A stretch of DNA of 64,000 nt, from positions 29,973-93,972 of the IMG/VR virus record IMGVR_UViG_3300034121_000527; one strand, given 5' to 3'. Each line of letters begins with the position of its first letter. Position 1 is the stretch's first letter. Shown here piece after piece: positions 37,851-48,108 of the stretch. The notes under the pieces are model-generated. The model was not told the DNA's origin, ran no database searches, and was given only the letters and a program-made list of their open reading frames with translations. The position numbers and the translations under genes are program-made. This stretch comes from a virus.

Positions 37851-40800
37851 TACATACTCCTAATTTTATTAATGTTGGTTTCTTGCTCTATTAACTTAGC
37901 TATGCGCTTAGCCATTGTTCTTAAATCATATTCACTAACTGATCCACCGGCCCCAGATGAGGTCATGTTTATAACTGGGGCAATCGTGATAGTACTACCT
38001 TCATGTACAGTAGTTCCTCCAAGAGACCCCACTCCTGATGTGATCATAGGAGCAGAAGGTATGTTCATAGGAGATACTTCTGGCTGTGGGTCACCAGTAT
38101 ACCCAATGGCAGCTAACCCATAAGAACCATAGTTACGTTCTAACCCCGTGGCGTCTTTGCTAGCTACTGCGTTGTTATACTCTTTAACAACACCATCAAT
38201 CATGGACAATAGCCCTTTACTAGTTGCGCCCCTACCTCTACTCGCTACTGATTTAAAATCCTCAATAGAGGGGTTTGGTTGCATCATAACTTTCATTAAA
38301 CCTTGTTCATTCTTTAACATATGGTACAAAGTATAATTAAGGCCTTGTTCAAGAGTGTCAAAGTTTTGAACAGGGTAGTTACCATTTTGGTTGTAATTAG
38401 TCTCAGTTCTGTCAAGCCCATCAAGAGTACGACGGTTGTTACCAGAAACTACGTTGAAGGGGTTGTACATACCTCCTCCACCTTCTTTTTTAGTCCAAGC
38501 CCTCAACCACATCAACTTCTCTGGAGTTATGTTTGTTCCAAGTCTCTTTAAAAACTTTTCTGAAAATACGCTAGTGTCAACGCCAAAGCCTGGGTTAATA
38601 TTTTGATTCCATTGGACTCCGCGGCCTCTAGCATTCTTTGAAGCTTCTTCTAGAGAAAGACCCGTTTCTCCCAGGAATTTAGCTACATTCATATTCTTGG
38701 TCCAAGAAAGTTGCACGTGGTGGTCTTCCCCTTCACCAGTAGCCAGTCCAAATCTATACAAGTTTTGTTTAACCCATGCTTTAACTTTGGGGTCAGATAG
38801 GTCTAAGTCAGCCGCCATACCAATTTCGTGAAGGGATTCACCAGGAGCAGCAGCTGGTGGGTTGCGATCACCTGGTTTTTTCTTATATTTCTTACCATTC
38901 CAATTTACTACTTGTCGGGTTTTACCATCGTATGCATCTACAAAAGTTGATTCGCCATTAACAACTTCTGTGTAACGGTCAGTAAACATTTTAGCCTGTT
39001 GATAAAAGTCTCTGCGTCCACCACCTGGGCTTAACTTCAAGTCTAATCCAGCTTCTTCATAAGCTTTTGTTGCCATGTTTTCTACTGACGCTTTGAGCGC
39101 TGGGTTTAAGTTTTCACTTGCAAACTTGTTTGTAGTAGCCATTTTAATTTCTTTTTGATTACTACCAACCGTTCTTTCATCAACCAATAGTCCTAACATT
39201 GACTTGGGGTCAAACCCCTGAGGAAAGAAGAAGTCCTTACTCTGAGGAACAGCTGGGTCAATAGCAAGAGGGTTAGAGGGGGTAACATTTGGGTTGCTTT
39301 TACCGGACGTTGAGGGGGGTGTACTAGCAAACCCATAGAACCCAGACTTTCTAGAAAAGGGGCTTGACTCGTCTAGAACAGGGTCACCAGCTAACGCCAT
39401 TCCACCAGCCATCATTCCAAAACCAAGTGGTGCTCCGACACCAGATGCCACCAAAGCTGCTCCTCCTAGACCTAACACACCCCCAAGTAACTTTTGGCCA
39501 ATGCGGCTACCGGTTCTTGCACCAATAATGTCTTTAAGTGCATGCTCAAACTTTCCTAGTGCATCAGTTACACGTTGTGTTTGACGCTCTAGTTTAGCGT
39601 AAGAGCCAGCTTGGTCTCTGTAGAACTGTTCGTCTCTTTTTCCACGTCTACGTTCAGTTTCTTCTGCTTCCATAGCAAAAGTGTCATCAATACCCATACG
39701 CTTACGATCTTCTTCTTTTGTTGGATCGTACATTCCTTTGCCACCCTTACCCCTAAAGGCAACATTAGATTGGGCGTATTGGATTACTTGATCTTGCAAA
39801 TCCCCAGATACACCCATAGAGGACAAGGTTGCTCTGGTGACAGATCCAGGAGCTGAGGCGGTTTTTGCAAGACCTGGATCATTTAACCCAGCTTTTCTAG
39901 CAATATTTTGGATGATATCTTTAGTGCTATTCTGTTTTCCGCCTGGACCAATAAGGCTCATACCAGTCATCATAAACATCTTGTTTACTGTTTCCGGAGC
40001 AGCAAGGTTTTCGATAATACTGGATGCGCCTTCTGCTCCCATAGAGAAGCCACTAATAGTTCTCATCATCTCAACACTTGATGCCTGTTGGGCAGCATTG
40101 ATGCCTGTACGGGCCTGTAGTGACATCAATTGGTTAATACCATTAGTACCAAGCTTATAGTCAGTTAAAGGCATTCTAAGGTTGTTCATTACCTGACCTT
40201 GGCTCATGCCTGTTAACTGCTGCATCTGGAGAGTAGACCTATCCGCATTAAGGGCGTAATCTCTTCCAGCCTCTACACGATTATCAATAGCTTGAATTCC
40301 TACTTTTGCTAGGGTACCAGCCATACTTGCAAAGTTACCAGCTTTTGAAAAACCACCACCAAATAGTTGCTGGCTTCCACCTATAGCCCCACTGCCACCT
40401 TTAAAGCTTTCATAGCCAGGGGCAGAAGTAACACCCCCTGCTATTCTTTGAAAGAACCCTCCACCACCACCACCACTAACACCACCGCCTTGATTTTGTG
40501 CCAAGGCGTTTTGTCCCGATAAGGCAGCGGATACAGCGTCAGGAGCAGGCTGAATATTAGGGGATTTACCAGGATTGGTACCTACAGTTTTAGTACCAGC
40601 TGCTTGAGTAGTTGAGCCACTAGAGTATTGACCACCTTGAGCACCAGCCTGATGTACTTGATAAAAAGCTCCCGTAAGATCAAACTTTTCAGCCATCTCC
40701 TTGAGAAGGTCTCTGGCGTTCTTTAGCTCATTAGACAGCTCTTTAGCCTCTAACTTAATTGCCTTTATACCATCTTTAAGGTTACGAAGAGACGCAAGAT

Positions 40801-40879
40801 CAGCGTTAATACCAACAGAAGCAGAGACCATTCCTCCTGCTTCTTTGGAAACTGATTTGTTAATTTCATCTTCGGTCAT
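37850..40879 (-). CDS. Tape measure protein with M15 peptidase and lysozyme-like domains
   Basis: G/A-rich helical N-half; R....Q, APGESLHEIGMAADL, EDHHVQ (M15); AW.K.EGG...NPFN. Confidence 0.8.
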   Translation of the reverse strand: MTEDEINKSVSKEAGGMVSASVGINADLASLRNLKDGIKAIKLEAKELSNELKNARDLLKEMAEKFDLTGAFYQVHQAGAQGGQYSSGSTTQAAGTKTVGTNPGKSPNIQPAPDAVSAALSGQNALAQNQGGGVSGGGGGGFFQRIAGGVTSAPGYESFKGGSGAIGGSQQLFGGGFSKAGNFASMAGTLAKVGIQAIDNRVEAGRDYALNADRSTLQMQQLTGMSQGQVMNNLRMPLTDYKLGTNGINQLMSLQARTGINAAQQASSVEMMRTISGFSMGAEGASSIIENLAAPETVNKMFMMTGMSLIGPGGKQNSTKDIIQNIARKAGLNDPGLAKTASAPGSVTRATLSSMGVSGDLQDQVIQYAQSNVAFRGKGGKGMYDPTKEEDRKRMGIDDTFAMEAEETERRRGKRDEQFYRDQAGSYAKLERQTQRVTDALGKFEHALKDIIGARTGSRIGQKLLGGVLGLGGAALVASGVGAPLGFGMMAGGMALAGDPVLDESSPFSRKSGFYGFASTPPSTSGKSNPNVTPSNPLAIDPAVPQSKDFFFPQGFDPKSMLGLLVDERTVGSNQKEIKMATTNKFASENLNPALKASVENMATKAYEEAGLDLKLSPGGGRRDFYQQAKMFTDRYTEVVNGESTFVDAYDGKTRQVVNWNGKKYKKKPGDRNPPAAAPGESLHEIGMAADLDLSDPKVKAWVKQNLYRFGLATGEGEDHHVQLSWTKNMNVAKFLGETGLSLEEASKNARGRGVQWNQNINPGFGVDTSVFSEKFLKRLGTNITPEKLMWLRAWTKKEGGGGMYNPFNVVSGNNRRTLDGLDRTETNYNQNGNYPVQNFDTLEQGLNYTLYHMLKNEQGLMKVMMQPNPSIEDFKSVASRGRGATSKGLLSMIDGVVKEYNNAVASKDATGLERNYGSYGLAAIGYTGDPQPEVSPMNIPSAPMITSGVGSLGGTTVHEGSTITIAPVINMTSSGAGGSVSEYDLRTMAKRIAKLIEQETNINKIRSM

Positions 40880-41040
40880 TAGCTACTGCCTCCATCGGAT
40901 ATTCTCCATTTAGCCATACGGAACCAAAAGTCTCTTTGGCGTATTGTCATACTCCGTATATCATCTAAACTAAACCCTTTGTAAACAGTAGCTACGCCTT
41001 CGTATTCCCAGTATATACTTTTTAGGTCAGGCAAGTAGAA
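40879..41040 (-). CDS. Tail assembly chaperone C-terminal (frameshift) segment (not in ORF track)
   Basis: FYLPDLKSIYWEYEGVATVYKGFSLDDIRSMTIRQRDFWFRMAKWR... in the +1 frame, overlapping the chaperone end; TAATG coupling to tape measure. Confidence 0.7.
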   Translation of the reverse strand, partial: FYLPDLKSIYWEYEGVATVYKGFSLDDIRSMTIRQRDFWFRMAKWRISDGGSS

Positions 41041-41821
41041 GGGATACCCAGTCTACATTTATCACAATATCAGCGCCACAAGTAGCGCACTGGGTATTCA
41101 CCTCCCCAAGCTTGGGTCCTACTTTGGGACCTAAAATTGCTGAGAGAATAGTATTACGATCTTGAAGGCCAAGGTTTTTGGCCCACTCTTCACTATACAA
41201 GCTATCCTTGTGGTCTTTCCAAACTACACAACGACTAATCAGCAAAGTACTTTGCTGAGCAGTGCTTTCACCCTTTGACATAGCAATATTATCTGATCCT
41301 ACAGGGAGTTTAAACTTCATTACTTCACCACTTTTAAGAGTGACGTTGAAAGGTTCACGTAAGTTAAACGTGGTCTTTTGAATTGGGAAATCTTCTTCAA
41401 TGTTGATAGTTACATCATTTGATGTTTTACAAGCACTACATGGGTACTTGAAGGTACGCTCTGGGCCGTAAGTTGCTCTTAGTATAGCAACCAACAAAGT
41501 GTCTCTATCACCTGTAATCAACTCTTCAATGACACTCTTGTTGTTCTTAACAAGAGTGTCACCAATACGAACAGTCGCACGGCTAACTAAGGTACCAACG
41601 TACATTGCATACGTAATATTCTTGTTACCTTCTAATGATGCTAAGAACTCCTCATCCTTACCATTGAGCTCTCTAACCTCTGCTGTAGTCTGCCATTGAC
41701 CCGTAATAGGGTTAAGCAACCCTCTTTGCAATTCCACAATTACCGATTCTGGGGCAGCAATAACAGGGGCTGGTTCTTTGAACATTTCGTCCATAGACTC
41801 CACTTCAATTGTATTACTCAT
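41027..41821 (-). CDS. Tail assembly chaperone / baseplate hub assembly protein (gp26-like)
   Basis: VRELNGKDEE.L, L.TGDRD.LL.AI...TYG, two CxxC. Confidence 0.8.
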   Translation of the reverse strand: MSNTIEVESMDEMFKEPAPVIAAPESVIVELQRGLLNPITGQWQTTAEVRELNGKDEEFLASLEGNKNITYAMYVGTLVSRATVRIGDTLVKNNKSVIEELITGDRDTLLVAILRATYGPERTFKYPCSACKTSNDVTINIEEDFPIQKTTFNLREPFNVTLKSGEVMKFKLPVGSDNIAMSKGESTAQQSTLLISRCVVWKDHKDSLYSEEWAKNLGLQDRNTILSAILGPKVGPKLGEVNTQCATCGADIVINVDWVSLLLA

Positions 41822-41844
41822 TGTTTACTCCTTGTATGTTTGGT

Positions 41845-42459
41845 TTAGTTTAACGATTCTAGGGTTGCAATGTCATTTGCATTCCAGCCTAGTTTAAATC
41901 CTTCATGGTGTACCGTAAGTTGTTGCACAATAATACCAGAATCTCCTGCTGAGAGGTCACTCAAAGTATAAGCGCCTGGCCAGCAATCAAATAGTTTAAT
42001 ACCCAAGCGCACTTTACCCAGGTTGTTAGCTGAAGAGCTAGTTGTTCCTGATTCTTGGTAGGTACCAACTGAGTGAGGATGATCAAAAACTTTAACCATA
42101 ATGTTACAACGGTAATCATTACCATTTGTAGCATTGGAGTCGGAACCACCTACTGTAGCGGTATTCCATGAGTGAAGGAATTCAGACCACTTCCACAGAT
42201 GGCTTTGTTCTGCAATAACACCACGACTAAATGTAATGGGGCCAAAGTCAGACTGACCAACTAGCTTATGGGTATGGGTATTCATTCCACCTTCACGGTA
42301 ACCTACCATTTGGTGTTGTACTGAAACGCCAGTCATAGCAGCAAACCCCAAGTCACCAATACCATTAAGTACTGTTGCTAAAGCAGTGTTAGCGGTAGGT
42401 TGAATAGTTACTTGGAATTTAAAGTTACGTACTGGGTCTGTAGCGGCTGAACGTGCCAT
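41845..42459 (-). CDS. Tail tube protein (T4 gp19-like)
   Basis: DP.RNFKF.V, GF....G, YREGG, ITFSRG, WP...SDL.A. Confidence 0.92.
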   Translation of the reverse strand: MARSAATDPVRNFKFQVTIQPTANTALATVLNGIGDLGFAAMTGVSVQHQMVGYREGGMNTHTHKLVGQSDFGPITFSRGVIAEQSHLWKWSEFLHSWNTATVGGSDSNATNGNDYRCNIMVKVFDHPHSVGTYQESGTTSSSANNLGKVRLGIKLFDCWPGAYTLSDLSAGDSGIIVQQLTVHHEGFKLGWNANDIATLESLN

Positions 42460-42474
42460 TATGCATTCTCCTTG

Positions 42475-44025
42475 TTAGATATTTTCGATTGCGTTTGAAC
42501 CACCGGTCCACTGGGACAGGTTAATTACTATAAATTCAGCTGGGTACTGCAGAGCAACACCAACTTCAATTCTTACTTCTCCATTGTCTATGCTTACTGC
42601 CGTGTTATTTGATGAGTTACAAGTTACATAGAAAGCATCAGCTGCGGTTTCTCCCTTTAAGTTACCCTGGCGCCAAAACTCAGCAAGCATGGATGAAATA
42701 CCAATAGTAAGTTGACTCCATAGTCTCGAGTCATTGGGTTCAAACACAGCGTAAGCCGTACCATCTTTAAGGGCCTGCTTCAAGTAGTTCAAAGTACGAC
42801 GTGAAGAAATGAACTTTCCTGGAGCAGTCTTATCTAGAGTACGACCACCATTAATAACTATTCCACCACCAGGAATAGCTTTGAGTGTATTAATGTTGTA
42901 GGTACCGTACAAGGTGCCAGTTTCAGCTGCCGTAAAGTTGGTTCCAATACCAATTGCATTTCTAAGTCCTACATTAAGTCCTGCCGGGGTCTTAGCAACT
43001 CCTTTTTCAACTTCAGTTCTAATGTAAGCACCAGCAATAGCACCGCCAGGTGCAGTTGCTTTTACTGCTCCGGGACCAGTTTTTGAAGGGTCAATCATCA
43101 GTAGGTGTGGGTAATACACTGCTGCGTAGTTTGAAACTGTATAGCCTCCAATGTTACCCCCAATAGTTGAAACGTTGGTCTCTGTCATTGATGGGTCAAT
43201 AATAACAAAGCTGTCACCACGACTCTCAGCCTTAGCAATAAACGGATTGATAATGGCTGCTGAAGTCTTGTTAACAGCATTTAATAACAACACACCTTGA
43301 ACTACATCCAGCTTTGTTAACGCTGCAACGTAATCTGAATCTTGTACTCCTACTGACGCTCCCGCAGATCCACTTGAAAAGGAAGTGGGGGTGCTTTTGT
43401 ATGCAAAGGCTGAGTTAGTTCCAGTAGAGGTTGTTGGAACAGGAACTGGGCTTCCAATTACTACATTGTCAAGATATTTTGAATAGGTATTCAAAATAGT
43501 TACAAAGTATCGGTTATCTGCAATGTTCGGAGAAAGGTCGTTCCAACGTTCAACTTCAGTACCACTAAGTTTAACAACCAAGTTAAAAGATGGCATAATA
43601 TTAGCACTAGCTCCAGTATTACCAGGACTAAACTCTATAGTAAGGTTATTGCCCCAAGTTCCCTTACTAATCGCACTAGCCGTAAACAATGTTGCCGTGG
43701 CAGAGCCAGCACCACCAACGTTAGGGGAGTAAGTAGCTGTTACAGTTGCAGCAGAAGCGGTTGCTGATGTAAGTCTTATGATGTAAGCATCCTTACCACC
43801 ATTTGCAAAGTAGTGATAAACAGCAAATCCAAGATCGTAATCCTGGCTTAATTCACCATACAGAGTACGGTATTCTGACCAAGAACTAATCAATGTAGCA
43901 TCAGAAGGTCCTCGCGAGGCTTCTCCAAAGAAAACAGCGGTTGAACGTGAGGCACTAGGTTGTCTTGGCTTTGATACAAAAGCTGACTCTGTTACGTACA
44001 CACCAGGGTTTTGGTAAGTGGGCAT
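42475..44025 (-). CDS. Tail sheath protein
   Basis: PGVYVTE, SW.EY...YG, YFANGG, YYP, G.RT, VFEPND..LW, PAEFI. Confidence 0.95.
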   Translation of the reverse strand: MPTYQNPGVYVTESAFVSKPRQPSASRSTAVFFGEASRGPSDATLISSWSEYRTLYGELSQDYDLGFAVYHYFANGGKDAYIIRLTSATASAATVTATYSPNVGGAGSATATLFTASAISKGTWGNNLTIEFSPGNTGASANIMPSFNLVVKLSGTEVERWNDLSPNIADNRYFVTILNTYSKYLDNVVIGSPVPVPTTSTGTNSAFAYKSTPTSFSSGSAGASVGVQDSDYVAALTKLDVVQGVLLLNAVNKTSAAIINPFIAKAESRGDSFVIIDPSMTETNVSTIGGNIGGYTVSNYAAVYYPHLLMIDPSKTGPGAVKATAPGGAIAGAYIRTEVEKGVAKTPAGLNVGLRNAIGIGTNFTAAETGTLYGTYNINTLKAIPGGGIVINGGRTLDKTAPGKFISSRRTLNYLKQALKDGTAYAVFEPNDSRLWSQLTIGISSMLAEFWRQGNLKGETAADAFYVTCNSSNNTAVSIDNGEVRIEVGVALQYPAEFIVINLSQWTGGSNAIENI

Positions 44026-44724
44026 TTAAAACTCCTCTAAAATGTCGGTTATTGACGGAAAACTATCATTGTTATCTACAGCTAAAGCACCTTCAACTGA
44101 ACTAACTTTCTTGAACACAGTAAGGTCTGTGTCAGCTATTTCAGCATTCATTTGAATTGTAAACACTTTTCTGAAGATACGTTTGCGGTATCCTGCTTCT
44201 CTATCAAGGAGATCTGATGGGTTCCATGACAAAAGATCAAATCTGCGAATTGTGCCATCCTCTGGGATTTCAATAAACCCTTGTCTAAATGGCACTACTC
44301 GTCTTAATATTTTACTAGATAACTGTCGATCATGTAGGGCAGTTCTAGTATAGGTGGTTACTTGGTACACTAAGGTCACTGGAATAAAAGAGTGGACTTT
44401 AAGACCAGTGGTGTTTGTAACCTGGGTGGCAAGCTCTGATGCAGTCAACTCTGATGGGTAATAGTTAATGTATGCAGGGCTATTAGAAGCTGAGGCAGAG
44501 TTACTATAGTAATAAGTAGTTTCTGAAAGCTGCCGTCTCGTATCGTGTGACATTCCAACCATCTCTACAGTTATAAACGGGTAAGCTTTTTCAGTCTCAC
44601 CTTCAGGATACCTGAAAAAAACCTGAACTTGCCTTTCCTGGTTACGATCATCGGAAACAGTTAGGTTACTAAACCTATTTTTTACAGCAGCATCTTCTGC
44701 GAGCAGGAATCCTTTATTAGGCAT
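44026..44724 (-). CDS. Tail terminator / sheath stabiliser
   Basis: YPFITV, P..L.YQVT.Y; directly before sheath. Confidence 0.65.
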   Translation of the reverse strand: MPNKGFLLAEDAAVKNRFSNLTVSDDRNQERQVQVFFRYPEGETEKAYPFITVEMVGMSHDTRRQLSETTYYYSNSASASNSPAYINYYPSELTASELATQVTNTTGLKVHSFIPVTLVYQVTTYTRTALHDRQLSSKILRRVVPFRQGFIEIPEDGTIRRFDLLSWNPSDLLDREAGYRKRIFRKVFTIQMNAEIADTDLTVFKKVSSVEGALAVDNNDSFPSITDILEEF

Positions 44725-45098
44725 TATTTAAGACCCACTTTTACAAGTTGGGCGGTAATTAAAGGTATGAGCTGTTCTTGTGCCTTTATTGCTGCCATTC
44801 TAATAACTGGCTTAGGAGGAGAACTATCAGACCCATGTTCCAGCCTATCAGCATCTGGGTGGCTTGATGTAATCCGTACAAGCATAGTGTCATAATCAAA
44901 CGTTACATTTATGCTGCTTGCAGCCTCACCCCAAGAATCCTTGGCCTCTTTACGCACCTTGGTCTGGTATTTTCTAACTGCAGCTTTTATTGCTTTTTCA
45001 ACTTTATTTAAACTAGTAATTAAGTTGTTAACTGCATGGGGGGTGCTTGGCTTAGTTTTAGAACGGTAAGAAGAAGTTGATGCAGTTTTCCCAGTCAT
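44724..45098 (-). CDS. Neck / tail-completion protein (HK97 gp10-like)
   Basis: LEHG....PP.PVIR.A motif; position. Confidence 0.55.
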   Translation of the reverse strand: MTGKTASTSSYRSKTKPSTPHAVNNLITSLNKVEKAIKAAVRKYQTKVRKEAKDSWGEAASSINVTFDYDTMLVRITSSHPDADRLEHGSDSSPPKPVIRMAAIKAQEQLIPLITAQLVKVGLK

Positions 45099-45158
45099 TG
45101 GGACCCCTTACAGTTCTAGGCGTTGAATGTTACAACGCATGTTGTAACTAGAACAATT

Positions 45159-45701
45159 TTAGCCTATCTGGGGTAATGTTGCAGGCCAAGGAAGATTATT
45201 ACTAGATAACTCTGGAAAGTTATTATCATTAACAAACTCTTGGTCAATATAAAGTTCTTGACCTTCAATGAGTACAAAAACTTCACCTTTAACACGTCCT
45301 CTAACTGTGTAGCTATACACCGAGAAGAACCTACCATCATATAAAAATATGTCATTAAGATGGTTTCGGTATTCCCAAGCTGTTTCAATACCAGAATTAC
45401 GCATAGCCTCAATGGGCACAAACAGGTTCATTGTTTCTAAAGTTAATCGACCCTCAGGAATAGACCTTCTTTGGTCTTCTGTTTCTGAAGCAAGAAGGGC
45501 AGGTAGCACAACCCCTGGTTTGTACTTACGCCCACCAGAACCATATGGAGACTCATCATATACATCATCATAAACACTAGTGGTGCTGGCACTGGTTCCT
45601 AATGGTAGAAACTCATACCATACCAAATACTCCTGGCCAGATTCTTTATGCCTTTTATTAAAATGCTTGTTTATTAATGAAAGCTCAGTATGTAGATTCA
45701 T
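45159..45701 (-). CDS. Head closure / neck protein
   Basis: YDDVYDE, D.FLYDGR.F.V; position. Confidence 0.6.
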   Translation of the reverse strand: MNLHTELSLINKHFNKRHKESGQEYLVWYEFLPLGTSASTTSVYDDVYDESPYGSGGRKYKPGVVLPALLASETEDQRRSIPEGRLTLETMNLFVPIEAMRNSGIETAWEYRNHLNDIFLYDGRFFSVYSYTVRGRVKGEVFVLIEGQELYIDQEFVNDNNFPELSSNNLPWPATLPQIG

Positions 45702-46501
45702 TAGTAAAATGCATTCGTTGTGCTACCCATTGGAGGGTTGGTATCTATATAGACGTCTTCGCGAAGGTTATCGCTCTTAGTTTCTGGTGTAACAATTCCT
45801 TCATCAATTTCTGGCCATTGACGTTCCATAGGAGAGTAATCTCCAAGTTCCTTAGACTTATAGAGTGGTACAAGACGATTGGTTGTTCTTGAGGTACGTC
45901 GAAGATTAAATACCTCTAGTCTGTCAAAACCAATGTTAAGTGATGTAGCATGACGCCTATATTCACCTTCCCATTGAGAAAGCAAAGATTGAACCATACG
46001 AAAACGTTGACTTGCTGGAATATGTACAGACTCAGATGTAATCACATCAATGTCACGACTGTACTCAGTCATTAAAGCCCATAACGATTCGCAAATTGCT
46101 GCAATACCAATTGCGTTGATAACCACATCTGACAACTGCTCTACGGACAAGTTAATAGTATGCAAATGCTTTTCTAGTGCTCTTTTAGCATAAAAGGTAA
46201 GGTCAGTGGGTGTGACCCATTCATAGTAGTAACCCTCAACCATAACTTTAGTGTTACTGGAGTATGTACCCGCCAATCGTAAAATTCCATTACGTTCATC
46301 CACACTATACTGGGATGCCGATAGCACAGATGCTGACCCAGAACTAGACGCATAAACGGCTACCCACAAAGATTCAGAATCAATGTTGATATGGTTTAGC
46401 TCATAAGTACGCCCGACAACATCAAATGATGTTTGAAAGAACTTAGGGAAATCCCTGAGGTAAGTCCTTGCGATGGTTTCAATGTCTGTTTGCGTTGCCA
46501 T
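45701..46501 (-). CDS. Head-tail adaptor protein
   Basis: Position after capsid; Y.VD..NG.L.L, V.IP.SQRF. Confidence 0.6.
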   Translation of the reverse strand: MATQTDIETIARTYLRDFPKFFQTSFDVVGRTYELNHINIDSESLWVAVYASSSGSASVLSASQYSVDERNGILRLAGTYSSNTKVMVEGYYYEWVTPTDLTFYAKRALEKHLHTINLSVEQLSDVVINAIGIAAICESLWALMTEYSRDIDVITSESVHIPASQRFRMVQSLLSQWEGEYRRHATSLNIGFDRLEVFNLRRTSRTTNRLVPLYKSKELGDYSPMERQWPEIDEGIVTPETKSDNLREDVYIDTNPPMGSTTNAFY

Positions 46502-46515
46502 ATGTCCAGTCTATC

Positions 46516-46671
46516 TCAAGTAGGGGTATCAGCGGAGTCTTGGCCTGGCACAGTTTTTTGGGTTGGTTGGTTTATAGCTGGTTGTTCTGGGCGCATTGCC
46601 CCAACGCTTGTTATGCGCCTAATTCGTATTTCGTCAGGAGTACCAGTTGGTTTTGGGAGTTTTTCTGTCAT
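46516..46671 (-). CDS. 51-aa hypothetical protein (not in ORF track)
   Basis: MTEKLPKPTGTPDEIRIRRITSVGAMRPEQ...; ATGA overlap. Confidence 0.5.
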   Translation of the reverse strand: MTEKLPKPTGTPDEIRIRRITSVGAMRPEQPAINQPTQKTVPGQDSADTPT

Positions 46672-48101
46672 AAGGCGCGTATAAACCAACGCATGGTTAT
46701 ATTAGGGGGGATAATACTAATAGCAGTACTCGCTCCACCACCACCACCAGTTTGTGCAGCTGTATTTTCTGCAGTGTTGCCAGTACTATTTTCAGTAACA
46801 CCTGTATGTTCTGGAAATACAATGGCGTGTTGGTGTGAAGGGGCATCATTAGTTTCTGATGACCAATGCATTTGCATTCCAGTTATGTTTACTCCAAAAA
46901 TGGGAGTAAGACCATCTGCCACACCATCAGCATTAAATGAATACGGAGCTACAAACCCAGTATTACCAAATACACTAGATTCTACTGTTCCAGGTATAAA
47001 AGCATTAAGTCTGGTGGCAAAATCCCCAGATAAACCATCTTGAGTCTTTGTACCAATATGGCTGTGAGCTCCACCAGAGTTAGTGTTTTGTTGTGCATGA
47101 GTATGTGTTACAGAGTGTGTGTGGTCCCCAACATCATGGGTGTGCACAGGGGAACTGTGCGTGTGTGTAGGTAGGTTACCTTCACTTAAGGTAACAGTCG
47201 ATGCTCCACCTGCAGTACCTGCAGTACCTGATCCTTGAATAAACTTACTTGATAAATTAGGCAATTTAAAAGTTGTGCCAACATACGGACCGTATGTTTC
47301 TCCTAGTAGGTTTTTCAGTGCAGCGTAGGTGCTATTAGAAACATAGTTACCATTGCACTCTAGCCAAAACGTTTTACCAGTTGGATTAGGGGTTGTTAAA
47401 TTGCTTGGCCACATAATTATTGCACCAATAGGAGTTACAGACCCAGATTCAGTCTGTAGTAGCAACTCTACCCATTTACCATCTTTTTTGATAAACGTAC
47501 CTGAACTACCAGAGACTGTTGTGTATCTATAATAGAAATCACCGTCACTACCAACACTGTCACTAGGGTTTGCACTGCCTCTAATACTGATACTTGATGG
47601 GATATTTACACGTTTGTCTACTATGCAGGAATCAGAGATTGCTGAAGAACCATTTCGGTAAACGGCAGCTAAAACAACATCTGTTGTAGGTTCAATATAT
47701 GAACCAGTTGGGGTATTTAGTCTATCTGATGATTTTGGAAAAGTAGGGTTACTGCTACTTTCAGAACCAGATAAAACAACAAGAGAAACAGTGTTTGTTG
47801 TTGTGTTTAAACGTGCAACAACTAAATCAAATCTGCTTGTAGTAGCTGATGGTACTGCGGGTAAGGCTTTTTGAGGGGTACTAGCTACTTGGTATACCTC
47901 TCCATCTATGCAAACCCATCCCGGGTCAATTGCCACTACATAACTTCCAGTAGCTACACTAACTTTACAACCAGAAACTACACCAGTTGCCCGGTTTCCC
48001 AAGATTTGAAAATCAAGGGAATCCGGTTCAGCCTGGTCTAGGCTAATAAAACGACTGTTGCTATCTGGAATATCAGTAGCGTTAGGAATTATGAAGGGCA
48101 T
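46668..48101 (-). CDS. Fibre protein with tail-collar domain and HxH repeats
   Basis: PIGAIIMWP...WLECNG...Y..L...LG.TYG...FKLPNL; LP.HTH..HTH; PP.I...W.IRA. Start moved to MPFIIP (SD GAGG). Confidence 0.8.
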   Translation of the reverse strand: MPFIIPNATDIPDSNSRFISLDQAEPDSLDFQILGNRATGVVSGCKVSVATGSYVVAIDPGWVCIDGEVYQVASTPQKALPAVPSATTSRFDLVVARLNTTTNTVSLVVLSGSESSSNPTFPKSSDRLNTPTGSYIEPTTDVVLAAVYRNGSSAISDSCIVDKRVNIPSSISIRGSANPSDSVGSDGDFYYRYTTVSGSSGTFIKKDGKWVELLLQTESGSVTPIGAIIMWPSNLTTPNPTGKTFWLECNGNYVSNSTYAALKNLLGETYGPYVGTTFKLPNLSSKFIQGSGTAGTAGGASTVTLSEGNLPTHTHSSPVHTHDVGDHTHSVTHTHAQQNTNSGGAHSHIGTKTQDGLSGDFATRLNAFIPGTVESSVFGNTGFVAPYSFNADGVADGLTPIFGVNITGMQMHWSSETNDAPSHQHAIVFPEHTGVTENSTGNTAENTAAQTGGGGGASTAISIIPPNITMRWFIRAL

Positions 48102-48108
48102 GTATACC

